Made by a program: the position numbers and the translations under genes
Notes under the pieces: generated by a model
What the model was told of the DNA's origin: nothing
Database searches by the model: none
What the model saw: only the letters and a program-made list of their open reading frames with translations
Part shown: piece after piece, positions 47,934-58,164 of the stretch
How the letters are laid out: the number at the start of each line of letters is the position of its first letter
How positions within the stretch are numbered: the stretch's first letter is position 1
DNA from: a virus
Length of the DNA: 64,000 nucleotides
Virus record (IMG/VR): IMGVR_UViG_3300009184_005291
Coordinates: 21,126 to 85,125 of that record
Reading direction: 5' to 3' (one strand)

Positions 47934-48730
47934 CCGTCTTCGTATTTTACTTCAATTACTGTCCAATATGATTCATAAATATCTTTATAATTTCTAGGTC
48001 CTCTCGGACCGAACCAAATTGATGGAGCAACTATTTTTTTATTTGGATTTTTATTCAAGAAGCTACCCCACCAAGAAAAAGTGGAATTTACAATAATGTT
48101 ATTTTTACATAAAGACATCAACCACATTTCTCTGTAATCCTCATCTTCAACATAAGTCACATTTTCAAATTTAAGATTTTCTTTCACCCAATCCTTATCA
48201 TCACTAAATACAAAAACATGAGAATATTCACCAATTTCTTTCAACGCATTCTCAATATATTTTTCAGTTGCGATAGGGTGGATGTCAGGGTTCATAAAGC
48301 AATCACCTCTTCGGATGTGAACCGACAAGGTGTTTTCTTGTTTTAATTCTGGATGTTTTTCCAACATTTCAGTTACAAATTCTTCAGTTGGAGAGAAAAT
48401 ATTTCTAATTCGGTCATCGTGTCCAAAAAAGTTTTTAGAACTTTGAAAGTATCCATCAAATACTGTGTCATGATTTTTAACGAACACTTCACTAAACTCC
48501 CAAGGTCCTTCCATTACTTTTTCGAATCCATCTATATTGTCAACGAATTTCAAATTACGAAAAATATTATTAAGGTAGTTTTCGGTTTGTCTACCTTGCA
48601 TCGGAGTCCAAGATCTAGGTACAAAAACTACTTCTCGATTATGTGTAATTCCTTGGGCGATAGCATGTGCCGCTTGGAAAATTTGATTTCCCAATCCACC
48701 CATCAAATTACATGATATTAAATTACTCAT
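47921..48730 (-). CDS. GT11 (alpha-1,2-fucosyltransferase-like) glycosyltransferase
   Basis: GGLGNQIFQ, GYFQS, HIRRGD, FSDD and NSTFSWW. Confidence 0.9.
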   Translation of the reverse strand: MSNLISCNLMGGLGNQIFQAAHAIAQGITHNREVVFVPRSWTPMQGRQTENYLNNIFRNLKFVDNIDGFEKVMEGPWEFSEVFVKNHDTVFDGYFQSSKNFFGHDDRIRNIFSPTEEFVTEMLEKHPELKQENTLSVHIRRGDCFMNPDIHPIATEKYIENALKEIGEYSHVFVFSDDKDWVKENLKFENVTYVEDEDYREMWLMSLCKNNIIVNSTFSWWGSFLNKNPNKKIVAPSIWFGPRGPRNYKDIYESYWTVIEVKYEDGWLN

Positions 48731-49455
48731 CTAATTAATTTATTTAATTTTGGTTTATTACGTATTATGTTTGAACATCTTTCTTGTTCTCGATGCCCCC
48801 CTCCAGTTGCACTTCCTGGTTTGTGGTCATTATATGGAGATTGTTCATTATAAACGTAATATAGTTTAGGCAAAAATCTATAATTTTCTTCTCCTGCCAA
48901 TTCTAAAAGTGAAAAGGTATATGCGACATCAGCTGCTGACTTGAAATATTCTCCATTATCATCTTTAAGATAATTTTTTGGAATTGACTTCCATAAAAAA
49001 GTTTTCCAAGTCCTCAAATGAGAAAATAAAAAAACGTCTTTACGAACTGTATCCGGATTACATTTACTTGAAAAACCTGGATTACCATTGGAATACATAA
49101 AAGACCCATTAGTCAACCAAACTTTACCATCTGAATAAATGTTACGAATGTCAGAAACGACATCGGAGTCCAATAAAAAATCATCACCATCTAATTCAAT
49201 CACAATATCATCATCGTCAAATGTTGTAATTAAATCATCTAAGTTTTTTAGTTTGAATTTTTTCTCTGAATTAATCATTAAATTGAATCTATTATCATTA
49301 TCAATTAATGTTTTGGTTATTTCAACAGTATTATCTGTAGACACATCATCAATAATATATACTTTGAAATCAACATCTTTTTGGGATTTCAAAGTTCTAA
49401 TACAATTTTTTATATATTTTTCTGCATTCCAAACGCAAACTACGAATTTTATCAT
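48727..49455 (-). CDS. glycosyltransferase family 2
   Basis: WNAEKYI, IIDDVSTD, LDGDD and SHLRT. Confidence 0.85.
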   Translation of the reverse strand: MIKFVVCVWNAEKYIKNCIRTLKSQKDVDFKVYIIDDVSTDNTVEITKTLIDNDNRFNLMINSEKKFKLKNLDDLITTFDDDDIVIELDGDDFLLDSDVVSDIRNIYSDGKVWLTNGSFMYSNGNPGFSSKCNPDTVRKDVFLFSHLRTWKTFLWKSIPKNYLKDDNGEYFKSAADVAYTFSLLELAGEENYRFLPKLYYVYNEQSPYNDHKPGSATGGGHREQERCSNIIRNKPKLNKLIR

Positions 49456-50612
49456 TGTAGATTAATTACGAACCCTTCTGGGGTTGTTCCTGGTTTATAA
49501 AATTTCAATCTATTATTATATTGTCCACTTAAATCTGACAATTGTTTAATAACTGGATCAATTTCGATTACGTTTACATAATACCCTTCTTCCAATAAGT
49601 CCAAACATAATTTGAATTGTTGTGACTCTTCTAATATATCAGTTCCTCTTTTATATGTTACGTAATTCATAACAAATGGTATCGTTTTGTCAGGATTTTG
49701 TTTGATGAAAAAATTCTTGATAAACTCAGCGTGTTCTTTATTAAACTCATCCACTGTAAGTGGTAGATTCAACTTCAATCCAAGTTCGTTGGCATAATGA
49801 CCCAAAGCTCTATTATCTCTTGGTAAACATGGTCCTCCAAATCCAAATCCATATTTCATGTATTTTTTCCCCACACGGGTATCACCACCTATAGCATTCA
49901 AAACAACATCGATTTCACTACCTAAATTTGATTTTGTTAAAATATCTCCCATCATGTTAGCATAACTAATTTTGGTAGTCAAAAAACAATTTATACCGAT
50001 TTTAGTAATTTCCGCAGCTTTAGGGGACATTATGTGGGCATGTACCGGAGTGGTTTGTATTTTATTGTATATCTGAACTAATTCATTCGCCAATTCCTGA
50101 TACTCAGTTCCAATCAAAACTATATCTGATTGTTCAAGACCTTTAACAATTTCTCCTTGAGCGATGAATTCAGGGTTATATGCCACTTGAATACTAAACA
50201 TTGAAAGTTTATTTTGGAGTTGTTCAACGTCACCAGGATTTGTGGTACAACCAACAATAAATTTTTTGTTAAAAATAGAAATTTCCATCTTTGATGCCGT
50301 GAAAAAATCATTTGCCACTTCGAAAACCGCAGAGGTGTCATAACTTCCGTCAGTTGTGGATGGAGTTGCCACAAAGGTAAATATAATATCTGTGTTTTCA
50401 ATTATTTCGATGTTACTTGTTGTAGCACTGAAATTGTTAACTTCAAATAACATTTTTTGAATCAATGGTTCGTTTGTATCACAAATCCCATGATTCAAGT
50501 TATAGACATAATCTTCACGTTTATCTGATACTATAACTTCATATCCCGCTTTTTCACATAGTAGAGCAAATGTAAGACCTAATCTTCCAGCTCCTATGAT
50601 ACCTATTTTCAT
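49452..50612 (-). CDS. ugd: UDP-glucose/GDP-mannose 6-dehydrogenase family protein
   Basis: GAGRLG, VATP, YNPEF, K...N..L..KISYAN and GFGGPCLPRD (catalytic Cys). Confidence 0.85.
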   Translation of the reverse strand: MKIGIIGAGRLGLTFALLCEKAGYEVIVSDKREDYVYNLNHGICDTNEPLIQKMLFEVNNFSATTSNIEIIENTDIIFTFVATPSTTDGSYDTSAVFEVANDFFTASKMEISIFNKKFIVGCTTNPGDVEQLQNKLSMFSIQVAYNPEFIAQGEIVKGLEQSDIVLIGTEYQELANELVQIYNKIQTTPVHAHIMSPKAAEITKIGINCFLTTKISYANMMGDILTKSNLGSEIDVVLNAIGGDTRVGKKYMKYGFGFGGPCLPRDNRALGHYANELGLKLNLPLTVDEFNKEHAEFIKNFFIKQNPDKTIPFVMNYVTYKRGTDILEESQQFKLCLDLLEEGYYVNVIEIDPVIKQLSDLSGQYNNRLKFYKPGTTPEGFVINLQ

Positions 50613-51400
50613 ATAATTTCGTTTTCTTTCAAATCAAAAATTGGTATGGAAACCATTTTATGTTTATTTTTTTTGTTAAAGTTTAGAAAAGTTTCAATAA
50701 TTTTGTATTCTTTCTCACTATAATTTTGTTTACTAATACCTTTTTCCATTGCCCATTCTAGTTCCTCATACGTAGCCCCAATTTGGTCTTCATCTATTCT
50801 ATTATCTTCCCACAATCCATCAGTAGGTTCTGCGTTAATAATTTCCTCAATTACACCCAAATGACGACCTAAATTTCTAACTTCTGTTTTATATAAATCT
50901 GCTATTGGTGAAATATCAACACCACCATCACCATACTTAGTGTAAAATCCAACTCCAAAATCTTCTACCTTATTTCCAGTTCCTACAACAATACCATTTC
51001 TTGACGATGCGATTTGATATAAAGTTATCATACGTAATCTTGACTTGGTATTTGCGAATCCCAATTCGGAGTTGAATTCTTTTTCAAAAAGTGTATTTGA
51101 TTTGAATTCCTGAAAAGTTTTGGACAAATCGATAGTATAACCATTTACGTTATTATATTTTGATTTCAAAAAGTCAATTTGTTTGTTCGACAATTCCGTG
51201 TTACACTCAGCCGAGTTTAATGGCATACCAATTACTAAAGTTGGTAATCCTGTTTCAGCACACAAAGTTGAAACAACCGCCGAATCGATACCACCTGAAA
51301 CCCCTACAACTAAAGTTGTAATTTTGTTTTTTACTGTGTAAGATAGAATCCATTCTTTGATTTTATCTGACAGATTTTCATAGTCAATAATTCTATTCAT
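50609..51400 (-). CDS. nadE: NH3-dependent NAD+ synthetase
   Basis: SGGIDS, N.KSRLRM, GTGNKVE, GFYTKYGDGG, PIADLYKTEV and PTDGLW. Confidence 0.92.
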   Translation of the reverse strand: MNRIIDYENLSDKIKEWILSYTVKNKITTLVVGVSGGIDSAVVSTLCAETGLPTLVIGMPLNSAECNTELSNKQIDFLKSKYNNVNGYTIDLSKTFQEFKSNTLFEKEFNSELGFANTKSRLRMITLYQIASSRNGIVVGTGNKVEDFGVGFYTKYGDGGVDISPIADLYKTEVRNLGRHLGVIEEIINAEPTDGLWEDNRIDEDQIGATYEELEWAMEKGISKQNYSEKEYKIIETFLNFNKKNKHKMVSIPIFDLKENEII

Positions 51401-53025
51401 TATAATATTTTTTTATACTCCTCTTTTATTTGTGACGTAACATTAGACGCATAATATTTTTCAATATCGGATGGAGGATTGAATTTTTCTTTAGACAAAA
51501 TAAATCCACCTGAATCTACTTTGTATATCCAACTTGGTTTTCCACACATCCATCCTTCGATTGTCGTACGCCCTAATTGAATACCCGCTGTTTCGGAACA
51601 TTTTTGAACATAAGGTTCAACATTCCATGTAGGAGAAAAATGTTTTACATGTGAATTTGTTAATATCGCAGGTAAGTAATTTGATTTGTCTTCTCCGACT
51701 ATCCAAAGTTCTTTTCCTATTTCCGCAGTATAGTCAATTAAATCCATTATTGCCTCTTTTCTTAGATAATCTATGGTTCCAACAAATAGTATATAGTTTT
51801 CTTCTTTAATTGATTTTGATTTGAACTTTTCATTATCTATAGGGTTATAGATAACTTCAATCAAATTTTCATCTATTTCGAATTTATTTATAATATAATC
51901 TTTTATCTCAGGTCTTATTGCAATATATTTTTTAATTGATTCGTGTTTTATTGGGTCTTCCAATTCAATTACTTCAGAATGGATTGAATATATTTTATCT
52001 ATTTCAGGATAAAACTGTATCATTCTTTCTGCAACTGGTTTATGTTGCATGTGTATTACATCAAAGTTTACTTCTCCAACACGATACATGACATTTGGTT
52101 GAGATGGTTGAAATCCATTTTCAGTAGTAAATCCCCACTTACCATCTCCTAATTTGAATCCTGGAGATTGTTCAAATGGTAAACATTTAATCCCTTGTTT
52201 TTTTGCCAAGTCGGTCAGTGGTCCTCCGATTTGCGATACAACTGTAACATCACAATTTTGTTTAATTAAGTTTTTTGCCAATTCATAAACATATAATTCC
52301 GAACCTGTGAATGTTCTGAAAAAAAGACAACTAATTAATACTTTGATTTTTTTGTTTGAATCGAAGGGTAATTTAATAGGAAGATGAGATTTGTATTTTT
52401 CAACGAATAATTTTCGGTTATCTTCCCATTGTTGATTAGTTTGACCAATCGATTTATGAGTCATTCTAATGTTTGTAATGACACCTACTTTAACCCCTTC
52501 CAAATGATTCTCTAAACAAAAAGGGATATCATAGAAATGGAACCCCTTAAAATCTTCATTAAATTGTTTTTTAATTCTATTCTTATGAACTGCGATAAAT
52601 AATCCATCTACAACTACAGTTTCATGTACAGTATTACCTACTGCGTCAGCATACTTTGATTCCCACTTTTTTCCATCTTTTTCATGGTTGACAATTCCAA
52701 CCATCTTTTTTCGATTTTCCCACCACATTCCAGTATCAGGCATAATTGTAGTACCCGCCATTCCGATAATACCAAAATCAGTTTTCTCGAAATGTTTAAG
52801 AAGTTTAGGATACCAAGCGGGTGTATCAAAATATATGTCATCATGGCAAAGTAAAACTATATCAGTTTTTGCCTCTGATAATATTTCATTATAAACTTGA
52901 GATAGGGATTTTCCACCGTTATTAACTTTTTCAATAACTTCAAGTTTTTTGAATCCTGAACTTTTTTTAAGATACTCAATAAACTCAGGTTTACTTTCTC
53001 TTGTTGAATAACCTACTGTAATCAT
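51400..53025 (-). CDS. bifunctional glycosyltransferase (GT-A N-terminal + GT4-like C-terminal)
   Basis: N-terminal YN...LLCHDD, VVDG and FHFYD; C-terminal TGSELY, IYNPID and EGWMCG.P. Confidence 0.8.
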   Translation of the reverse strand: MITVGYSTRESKPEFIEYLKKSSGFKKLEVIEKVNNGGKSLSQVYNEILSEAKTDIVLLCHDDIYFDTPAWYPKLLKHFEKTDFGIIGMAGTTIMPDTGMWWENRKKMVGIVNHEKDGKKWESKYADAVGNTVHETVVVDGLFIAVHKNRIKKQFNEDFKGFHFYDIPFCLENHLEGVKVGVITNIRMTHKSIGQTNQQWEDNRKLFVEKYKSHLPIKLPFDSNKKIKVLISCLFFRTFTGSELYVYELAKNLIKQNCDVTVVSQIGGPLTDLAKKQGIKCLPFEQSPGFKLGDGKWGFTTENGFQPSQPNVMYRVGEVNFDVIHMQHKPVAERMIQFYPEIDKIYSIHSEVIELEDPIKHESIKKYIAIRPEIKDYIINKFEIDENLIEVIYNPIDNEKFKSKSIKEENYILFVGTIDYLRKEAIMDLIDYTAEIGKELWIVGEDKSNYLPAILTNSHVKHFSPTWNVEPYVQKCSETAGIQLGRTTIEGWMCGKPSWIYKVDSGGFILSKEKFNPPSDIEKYYASNVTSQIKEEYKKIL

Positions 53026-53639
53026 AATCCTGTACTTCCAAAACCATTACTACCTCTATCTTTATCATCAACTTTATTAGTTAATTCGAATGAAACATAT
53101 CTTCCGCACATCACAGGACACAAAACCGCTTGAGCAATTTTCATTCCTTTTGAGATTGTAACAGTTTCATTATTAGTGTTAAACAAAATAACTTTAATCT
53201 CACCAACGTATCCTGAATCAACTGTGCCAGGAGTATTTAATACGGTTATCCCTTGATTGAGAGCTAATCCACTTTTAGGTCTTATTTGTATTTCATATTC
53301 TTCAGGAATAGACAATACTAAACCAGTTGGTACTAAAGCTCTTCCGAATGGGGGGATGTTAATTTCTATTGTTGAACGTAAATCAAATCCAGAATCTGAA
53401 GGATAAGCATATGATGGTATTTTTGCGTCATCATGAACTAGTTGGACACCAATCGATTTGGTCTTCAACATTTCCATATGACTTTTATTCATTTCATCAA
53501 CTGACATTCCCAATAAATCCTCCAATTCTTTAATATAATTTTCTTCAGGTTCAACTCCTGTATCTTCTTTTATTTGATTGAATGTTTCTTGAATTTGTTT
53601 CCAAATATCTTGGTCGAAATTATTATTTGATTTTTCCAT
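53022..53639 (-). CDS. dut: dUTPase (trimeric) with acidic N-terminal extension
   Basis: SGFDL, RPKSGLA, GTVDSGYVGE, KIAQ and RGSNGFGSTG. Confidence 0.93.
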   Translation of the reverse strand: MEKSNNNFDQDIWKQIQETFNQIKEDTGVEPEENYIKELEDLLGMSVDEMNKSHMEMLKTKSIGVQLVHDDAKIPSYAYPSDSGFDLRSTIEINIPPFGRALVPTGLVLSIPEEYEIQIRPKSGLALNQGITVLNTPGTVDSGYVGEIKVILFNTNNETVTISKGMKIAQAVLCPVMCGRYVSFELTNKVDDKDRGSNGFGSTGL

Positions 53640-54340
53640 TATACTAAACTTGTAATTTTTTTTATGACATCAATTAATACTAATACATCTTTTTCACAGT
53701 ATTCTACAATACCTTTGATGTCTTTATTTGTCCAATATGCTTCGTGTACTTTATTTCCAGTAACCTCCATATTTTTTGAAGATTCAACTCCCATAGAAAC
53801 ACACATCAATTCCAAAGACGCAATTGTTCCGTAGCCACCATATTGCCACAATTCTTTTGTATCTAACGCCTTAATCTCCCATGGTTTTGTTTCATGGCCA
53901 GGTAATATTTTTGGAGGTAACAAACCGTTGATAATCATTCGTTTTGCTAACATTGGAATATCAAATCCCTTGACGTTATGCCCACACAAGAAAAATCCTA
54001 ATTCACCAACTCTTCGTAATAGTTTTTGAACATCTTGTAACAAATCTTTTTCATTTTCGTTACTGAATGATTGTACCTTTGTTTCACCCTTATCGGTTAC
54101 AAAGGCAACACTCACACAAGCAATTCTAGCAAACTCAGGAACTAATGCCGCTCTATTAACAAACATTTGCCCAACTGGTTTATCAGCATCCTCAGGGAAT
54201 CTTTTTTGAAACCAATCAAAATAATTTTCGAATACAAAAGAAAGTTCAAGATTGGATTTTTCTAAAGATTCCCAATCAGGTTGTATTCCTACGGTTTCAA
54301 TATCAATAAAAAGTAATTTTTCTAATGGAATGTTAATCAT
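53639..54340 (-). CDS. DnaQ-like 3'-5' exonuclease (PolB exo2-type)
   Basis: DIET (ExoI), HNVKGFD (ExoII) and YCEKDV (ExoIII). Confidence 0.85.
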   Translation of the reverse strand: MINIPLEKLLFIDIETVGIQPDWESLEKSNLELSFVFENYFDWFQKRFPEDADKPVGQMFVNRAALVPEFARIACVSVAFVTDKGETKVQSFSNENEKDLLQDVQKLLRRVGELGFFLCGHNVKGFDIPMLAKRMIINGLLPPKILPGHETKPWEIKALDTKELWQYGGYGTIASLELMCVSMGVESSKNMEVTGNKVHEAYWTNKDIKGIVEYCEKDVLVLIDVIKKITSLV

Positions 54341-55560
54341 GATTTATTAGCGATATCTATATAAAATTGTCTTCTATCATTTGTAACATTCTTCAAGTCA
54401 TACTTGTCTTTAACTGTTTCATATAACCTTTCACCCATATCTTTAATAAGATTTGGATTTTTAACTAATTTCTCGATGAACTTAGCCCAGTCTGCGTGGT
54501 TTCTTGATTCGTTAACTAAAATTGCATTTCCGTCAACAAAATTTCCATTGTCTAAACAATGTTTCAAATCGATAGTATAAGGACCAATGTTAGATGCGAT
54601 GATTGCCTTTTTATAGAAACCAGCCTCAATTACCTTCAACTGAGATTTCATTCTATTAAACATTGTGTTTTTAATTGGAGATAAAGAAATATCAAACTTG
54701 GAGTAATTTTTAGCATAACCTGTGACAGGTTTTGTCCATACTCTGAGATATGATTCATCTTTACCCTCAGTATACTCTTCTTGAGAGTATTTTAATAGAT
54801 GATTTTTGTAACCTTCAGAAACTATTTTATAGTTTTGGGTGAATATCTTTTCATATTGTGCCCATACGGTTTCTGCCGGTAGAATATTCCTTTTGGTTTG
54901 TTCACCTGTTTGAGCATTTATTTCAGTTACGGAACCTCTTGTATCAAATCCACACAATACATATTGTACTTTATCTTTGAGGGGTAAGATTTTTGAAAAT
55001 CCTGAATCAAGTAATTGAAGATCGTGTAGGTGGGATGAACCACCTAGCCAACCAACTCTTACTTTATCTGATTCTTCAGTTTTTTCTTTGAACTGAGACT
55101 CATTTGGATTGATTGCGTTAGGGAATACAATAACATTTTTATTGTACTTACGAATTTCATCCGCAAATATTTCGGTTGTTGTTGTAACAAATTTGGCAAC
55201 TTTAAGATTCTCAACAATCTTTTCATTGATTTTGTTAACCCGAATAATATCGTGAATTGGATGTTCTTTACCTGGCATCCAATAATCATCAATGTCGCAA
55301 ACGGTGACAACACCTAACGAATTTAACATTTGAATTAATCTGTGGGCCCTGTCAAAATCAGGTCCAATACTTCTGTGGAACGCAACTATTTGATATTGAG
55401 TCCAAAAATTAATATCATCATATGGGGGTTGATAGACAATATCGACGTGAAATTCATCAGAATATTGATTTTGAAGAAAAACGTGGGGGTCTACTGATCT
55501 AAATTTCCCGACTCCACTTGCGTCACTAGGGATTACAACAACATTAATTTTTTGTTTCAT
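54337..55560 (-). CDS. GT-B (GT4-like) glycosyltransferase
   Basis: DIDDYW, GWLGGSSH..DL, KSQLKVIEAG and IIASNIGPY. Confidence 0.8.
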   Translation of the reverse strand: MKQKINVVVIPSDASGVGKFRSVDPHVFLQNQYSDEFHVDIVYQPPYDDINFWTQYQIVAFHRSIGPDFDRAHRLIQMLNSLGVVTVCDIDDYWMPGKEHPIHDIIRVNKINEKIVENLKVAKFVTTTTEIFADEIRKYNKNVIVFPNAINPNESQFKEKTEESDKVRVGWLGGSSHLHDLQLLDSGFSKILPLKDKVQYVLCGFDTRGSVTEINAQTGEQTKRNILPAETVWAQYEKIFTQNYKIVSEGYKNHLLKYSQEEYTEGKDESYLRVWTKPVTGYAKNYSKFDISLSPIKNTMFNRMKSQLKVIEAGFYKKAIIASNIGPYTIDLKHCLDNGNFVDGNAILVNESRNHADWAKFIEKLVKNPNLIKDMGERLYETVKDKYDLKNVTNDRRQFYIDIANKS

Positions 55561-56305
55561 ATTTTTTAATTATATTTTGAATTGTGGTTTTTTCGTCAAA
55601 ATTTGATTCCCATACCACTTCCAAATTATAATTATATTTTATAATGTTGTCAATTCTAATTTTATCCTCACTCCATATTTGAAATGATGTCTTTTTTTTA
55701 TGAGGATGTATATAATCGGGATTATATTTGTTTGGATTACAATGCCAATAGTCACCATTATATTCAATAATTAAATTAAATTTAGGTAAATAAATGTCAC
55801 AAACATATTCGTTGACTCTATAAGTCCGAATAACTTCAAGTCCAATACCTTTAATAATTTCTTCAATTCGTTTTTCAGGTTTTGAAGATGAACTATATTT
55901 TCTTGGGTTATCTGATAAGGTTTTACTTAATTTATTGAGAGTTTCTTTCGTATGTTTTTTTCCATAAAATGGGTTTCCTTCTCCTGATTGTAATTTTGAT
56001 GTGCATGGCTTACAAGGAGTATTATTATTAACTTTTCTGTAATGATTTCTACATGCAATTGCCTTATCGATAGATTTAGTTTCAATTTCCTTGTTACAAA
56101 TCGGGCACATCCGGTTGACAACAAAATAATTTTTAGATTTTATGATATTGAGGGATGTACATCTATTTCTTTTTCTAACAATATCTTCGTCGTTGAGAAT
56201 TTTTAATATTGTTCTTTTAGAAACCCCTATTTTTTTTTCAATTGTTGTCGATCCAAAACCTTTCAAGTATTGTTCTATTATTTTTTTTTTAGTTTTTTCA
56301 TCCAT
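55544..56305 (-). mobile_element. free-standing homing endonuclease (HTH + Zn finger + NUMOD3 + Vsr/DUF559-like PD-(D/E)XK nuclease)
   Basis: CPIC...CKPC, the NUMOD3 motif GEGNPFYGKKHTKET, and nuclease motifs SKPE, CDIY, IEYNGDYWH and VVWE. Confidence 0.8.
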
Positions 56306-56347
56306 ATAAATAAATATCCCGCTCTGTCAAATGGATACTTTTTCTCA

Positions 56348-56375
56348 TAAAAAAACCCACATTTTATTGTGGGTC
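56348..56375 (-). terminator. intrinsic terminator
   Basis: Minus strand ACCCACA-ATAAAA-TGTGGGT followed by a T-run. Confidence 0.7.
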
Positions 56376-56382
56376 TAATTAG

Positions 56383-57012
56383 TTAAGATAACTTTTTAAT
56401 CTTTGTTACTTTACCTTCAAATATGTGTTTACCAACTTTGAAACTGAATAACTCATTCGTTTTGTCGGTCGATTCTACTAACAATCCATTTTCTTTTAAT
56501 GCGTCGTTAACTGCTTCATTAATCATTTTCTGTAAAACCTTGTAGTCAATGTTTCCTGTAGGTTGAGATGATTGTACCTGTGACTGTTGTTTCGGTTTTG
56601 CGGATTCAGGAATATATCCACTTGGATTTTCTTTCATTAATCTTGAAGCTCTTTCAATTAAATCATTAGAAAGTGTTGCGGTTTGTTGTTGTTGTGGTTG
56701 TGAAATTGGGTGTTCCATCATAAGTTTTTTAATCTCATCAGGAAGTCTTGAATTTTTGATAGCATCTATTGTAGGAACTCCAACCGGCTTTGTGTTTTCA
56801 ACAGGTAAAGATGATAAATAAGGTTGACTCATTTGTTGAGATGGTTGTTCCTGAAGGTATTCTTGAGGAATATTGTATTTTGCTTGTGGTATATTGAATG
56901 ACTCTACCATATTTGATGGAGAATTCATCTCTCTATTATCGATTCTTTTAATACCATCGGTCTTATCCATGATGGCTTTAGAAATCATAAGTTTTTGCAT
57001 TAATTGGTCCAT
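56383..57012 (-). CDS. hypothetical Gln/Pro-rich protein
   Basis: 209-aa ORF. Confidence 0.65.
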   Translation of the reverse strand: MDQLMQKLMISKAIMDKTDGIKRIDNREMNSPSNMVESFNIPQAKYNIPQEYLQEQPSQQMSQPYLSSLPVENTKPVGVPTIDAIKNSRLPDEIKKLMMEHPISQPQQQQTATLSNDLIERASRLMKENPSGYIPESAKPKQQSQVQSSQPTGNIDYKVLQKMINEAVNDALKENGLLVESTDKTNELFSFKVGKHIFEGKVTKIKKLS

Positions 57013-57014
57013 AA

Positions 57015-57395
57015 TTAGAATTTTGCTATAATAATAATCGAAGTCATACTTTTGTCACCATTTGGATTGAAATTTGGTCTCATTTCTGCGAAATTTTCTC
57101 CACTTGGTTTCAGGGATAGTAATTTATCTAATCTAAAAAGTCTCCACCCTGGTAAAGGTTGTTCTCCTTTGTAGGCTGTGTGAGATGAACCTTCTTCATC
57201 CCACGCTCGTAATACTTTATTTCCTGCTTTACTTGTACCTAAACACACAGGTTCAATTTGTCTGAGTCCTCTACCACCTGGCTCATCACCATCATAATAG
57301 ATAATCACTTTCTGTTTGTTTTTAATGGCGTTAACAACGCTATCGACAGAAGCGATTTCACAAATTAAACCTTTAAGTGTTTCTTGTAATTTCAT
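57015..57395 (-). CDS. stand-alone WYL domain protein
   Basis: AIKNKQKVIIYY...RQIEPVCLG...LRAW...WRLFRLDKL. Confidence 0.8.
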   Translation of the reverse strand: MKLQETLKGLICEIASVDSVVNAIKNKQKVIIYYDGDEPGGRGLRQIEPVCLGTSKAGNKVLRAWDEEGSSHTAYKGEQPLPGWRLFRLDKLLSLKPSGENFAEMRPNFNPNGDKSMTSIIIIAKF

Positions 57396-57688
57396 TAAAA
57401 GTTAGGGTAAGTTTTTGATGAATTGAATTTATTTATTTTTATTTCATTTTTTCGTTCAACAACGTCAGTAATTGTTCCTGCATTTACGTTGTAGACATCC
57501 AAGAATGTGCCAGTACCTCTACCCATAGAATCACCATCAGCGATAGCATCTCTGTTAACGACAGAATATTCGTTACCAACTGCGTTAAAATCATTTTTAG
57601 GTATTAGTTTTGCTCTTTCTACATCACCAATTGCTGTCAATGCATTTGGGATATCTTGAGATAAATCGATTGCGAGTTCGTTTCCCAT
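57395..57688 (-). CDS. hypothetical protein
   Basis: 97-aa ORF in the operon. Confidence 0.6.
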   Translation of the reverse strand: MGNELAIDLSQDIPNALTAIGDVERAKLIPKNDFNAVGNEYSVVNRDAIADGDSMGRGTGTFLDVYNVNAGTITDVVERKNEIKINKFNSSKTYPNF

Positions 57689-57690
57689 AA

Positions 57691-58164
57691 TTATAATTGT
57701 TTCATTATTTCGTTTATTCTTTTAAGACTTTCAGTTACTGCTGAGTCATGTTTGTTGAATGTGTTATCGTGTTTTTGTGAGGGTCTCACATTGGTAAAAT
57801 CTTTTTCGTGAGGTTTGATAAATTGATTCTGCATTCCAGCATCCATTTTATTTGTTTTGGTCATTTTGGTATAGTCCCTCATTTTCCTTAACTCATTGTT
57901 AACCCAATTTTTCATTTCAACACCACCATTCAAAATGAATGACGGTTCTTTATGATTTCCGATAAAATTGTCAAAAAAGTTTTTTATTCTTTTTAATTGT
58001 TTGTACTCTATAAAATTTTTATCTTGTAATTCTTGATTACGGTTATACCCTTCAGTATTTTCATCAGCATTTTTTACCATGTGGAAACATTTTTTCATAT
58101 GGTTCCTCATGGTTGATGGAAATTCAATTTCACCTTTGGACGAATTATATAAATCCTTATTCAC
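57691..58164 (-). CDS. hypothetical protein
   Basis: 157-aa ORF in the operon. Confidence 0.65.
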   Translation of the reverse strand: MNKDLYNSSKGEIEFPSTMRNHMKKCFHMVKNADENTEGYNRNQELQDKNFIEYKQLKRIKNFFDNFIGNHKEPSFILNGGVEMKNWVNNELRKMRDYTKMTKTNKMDAGMQNQFIKPHEKDFTNVRPSQKHDNTFNKHDSAVTESLKRINEIMKQL

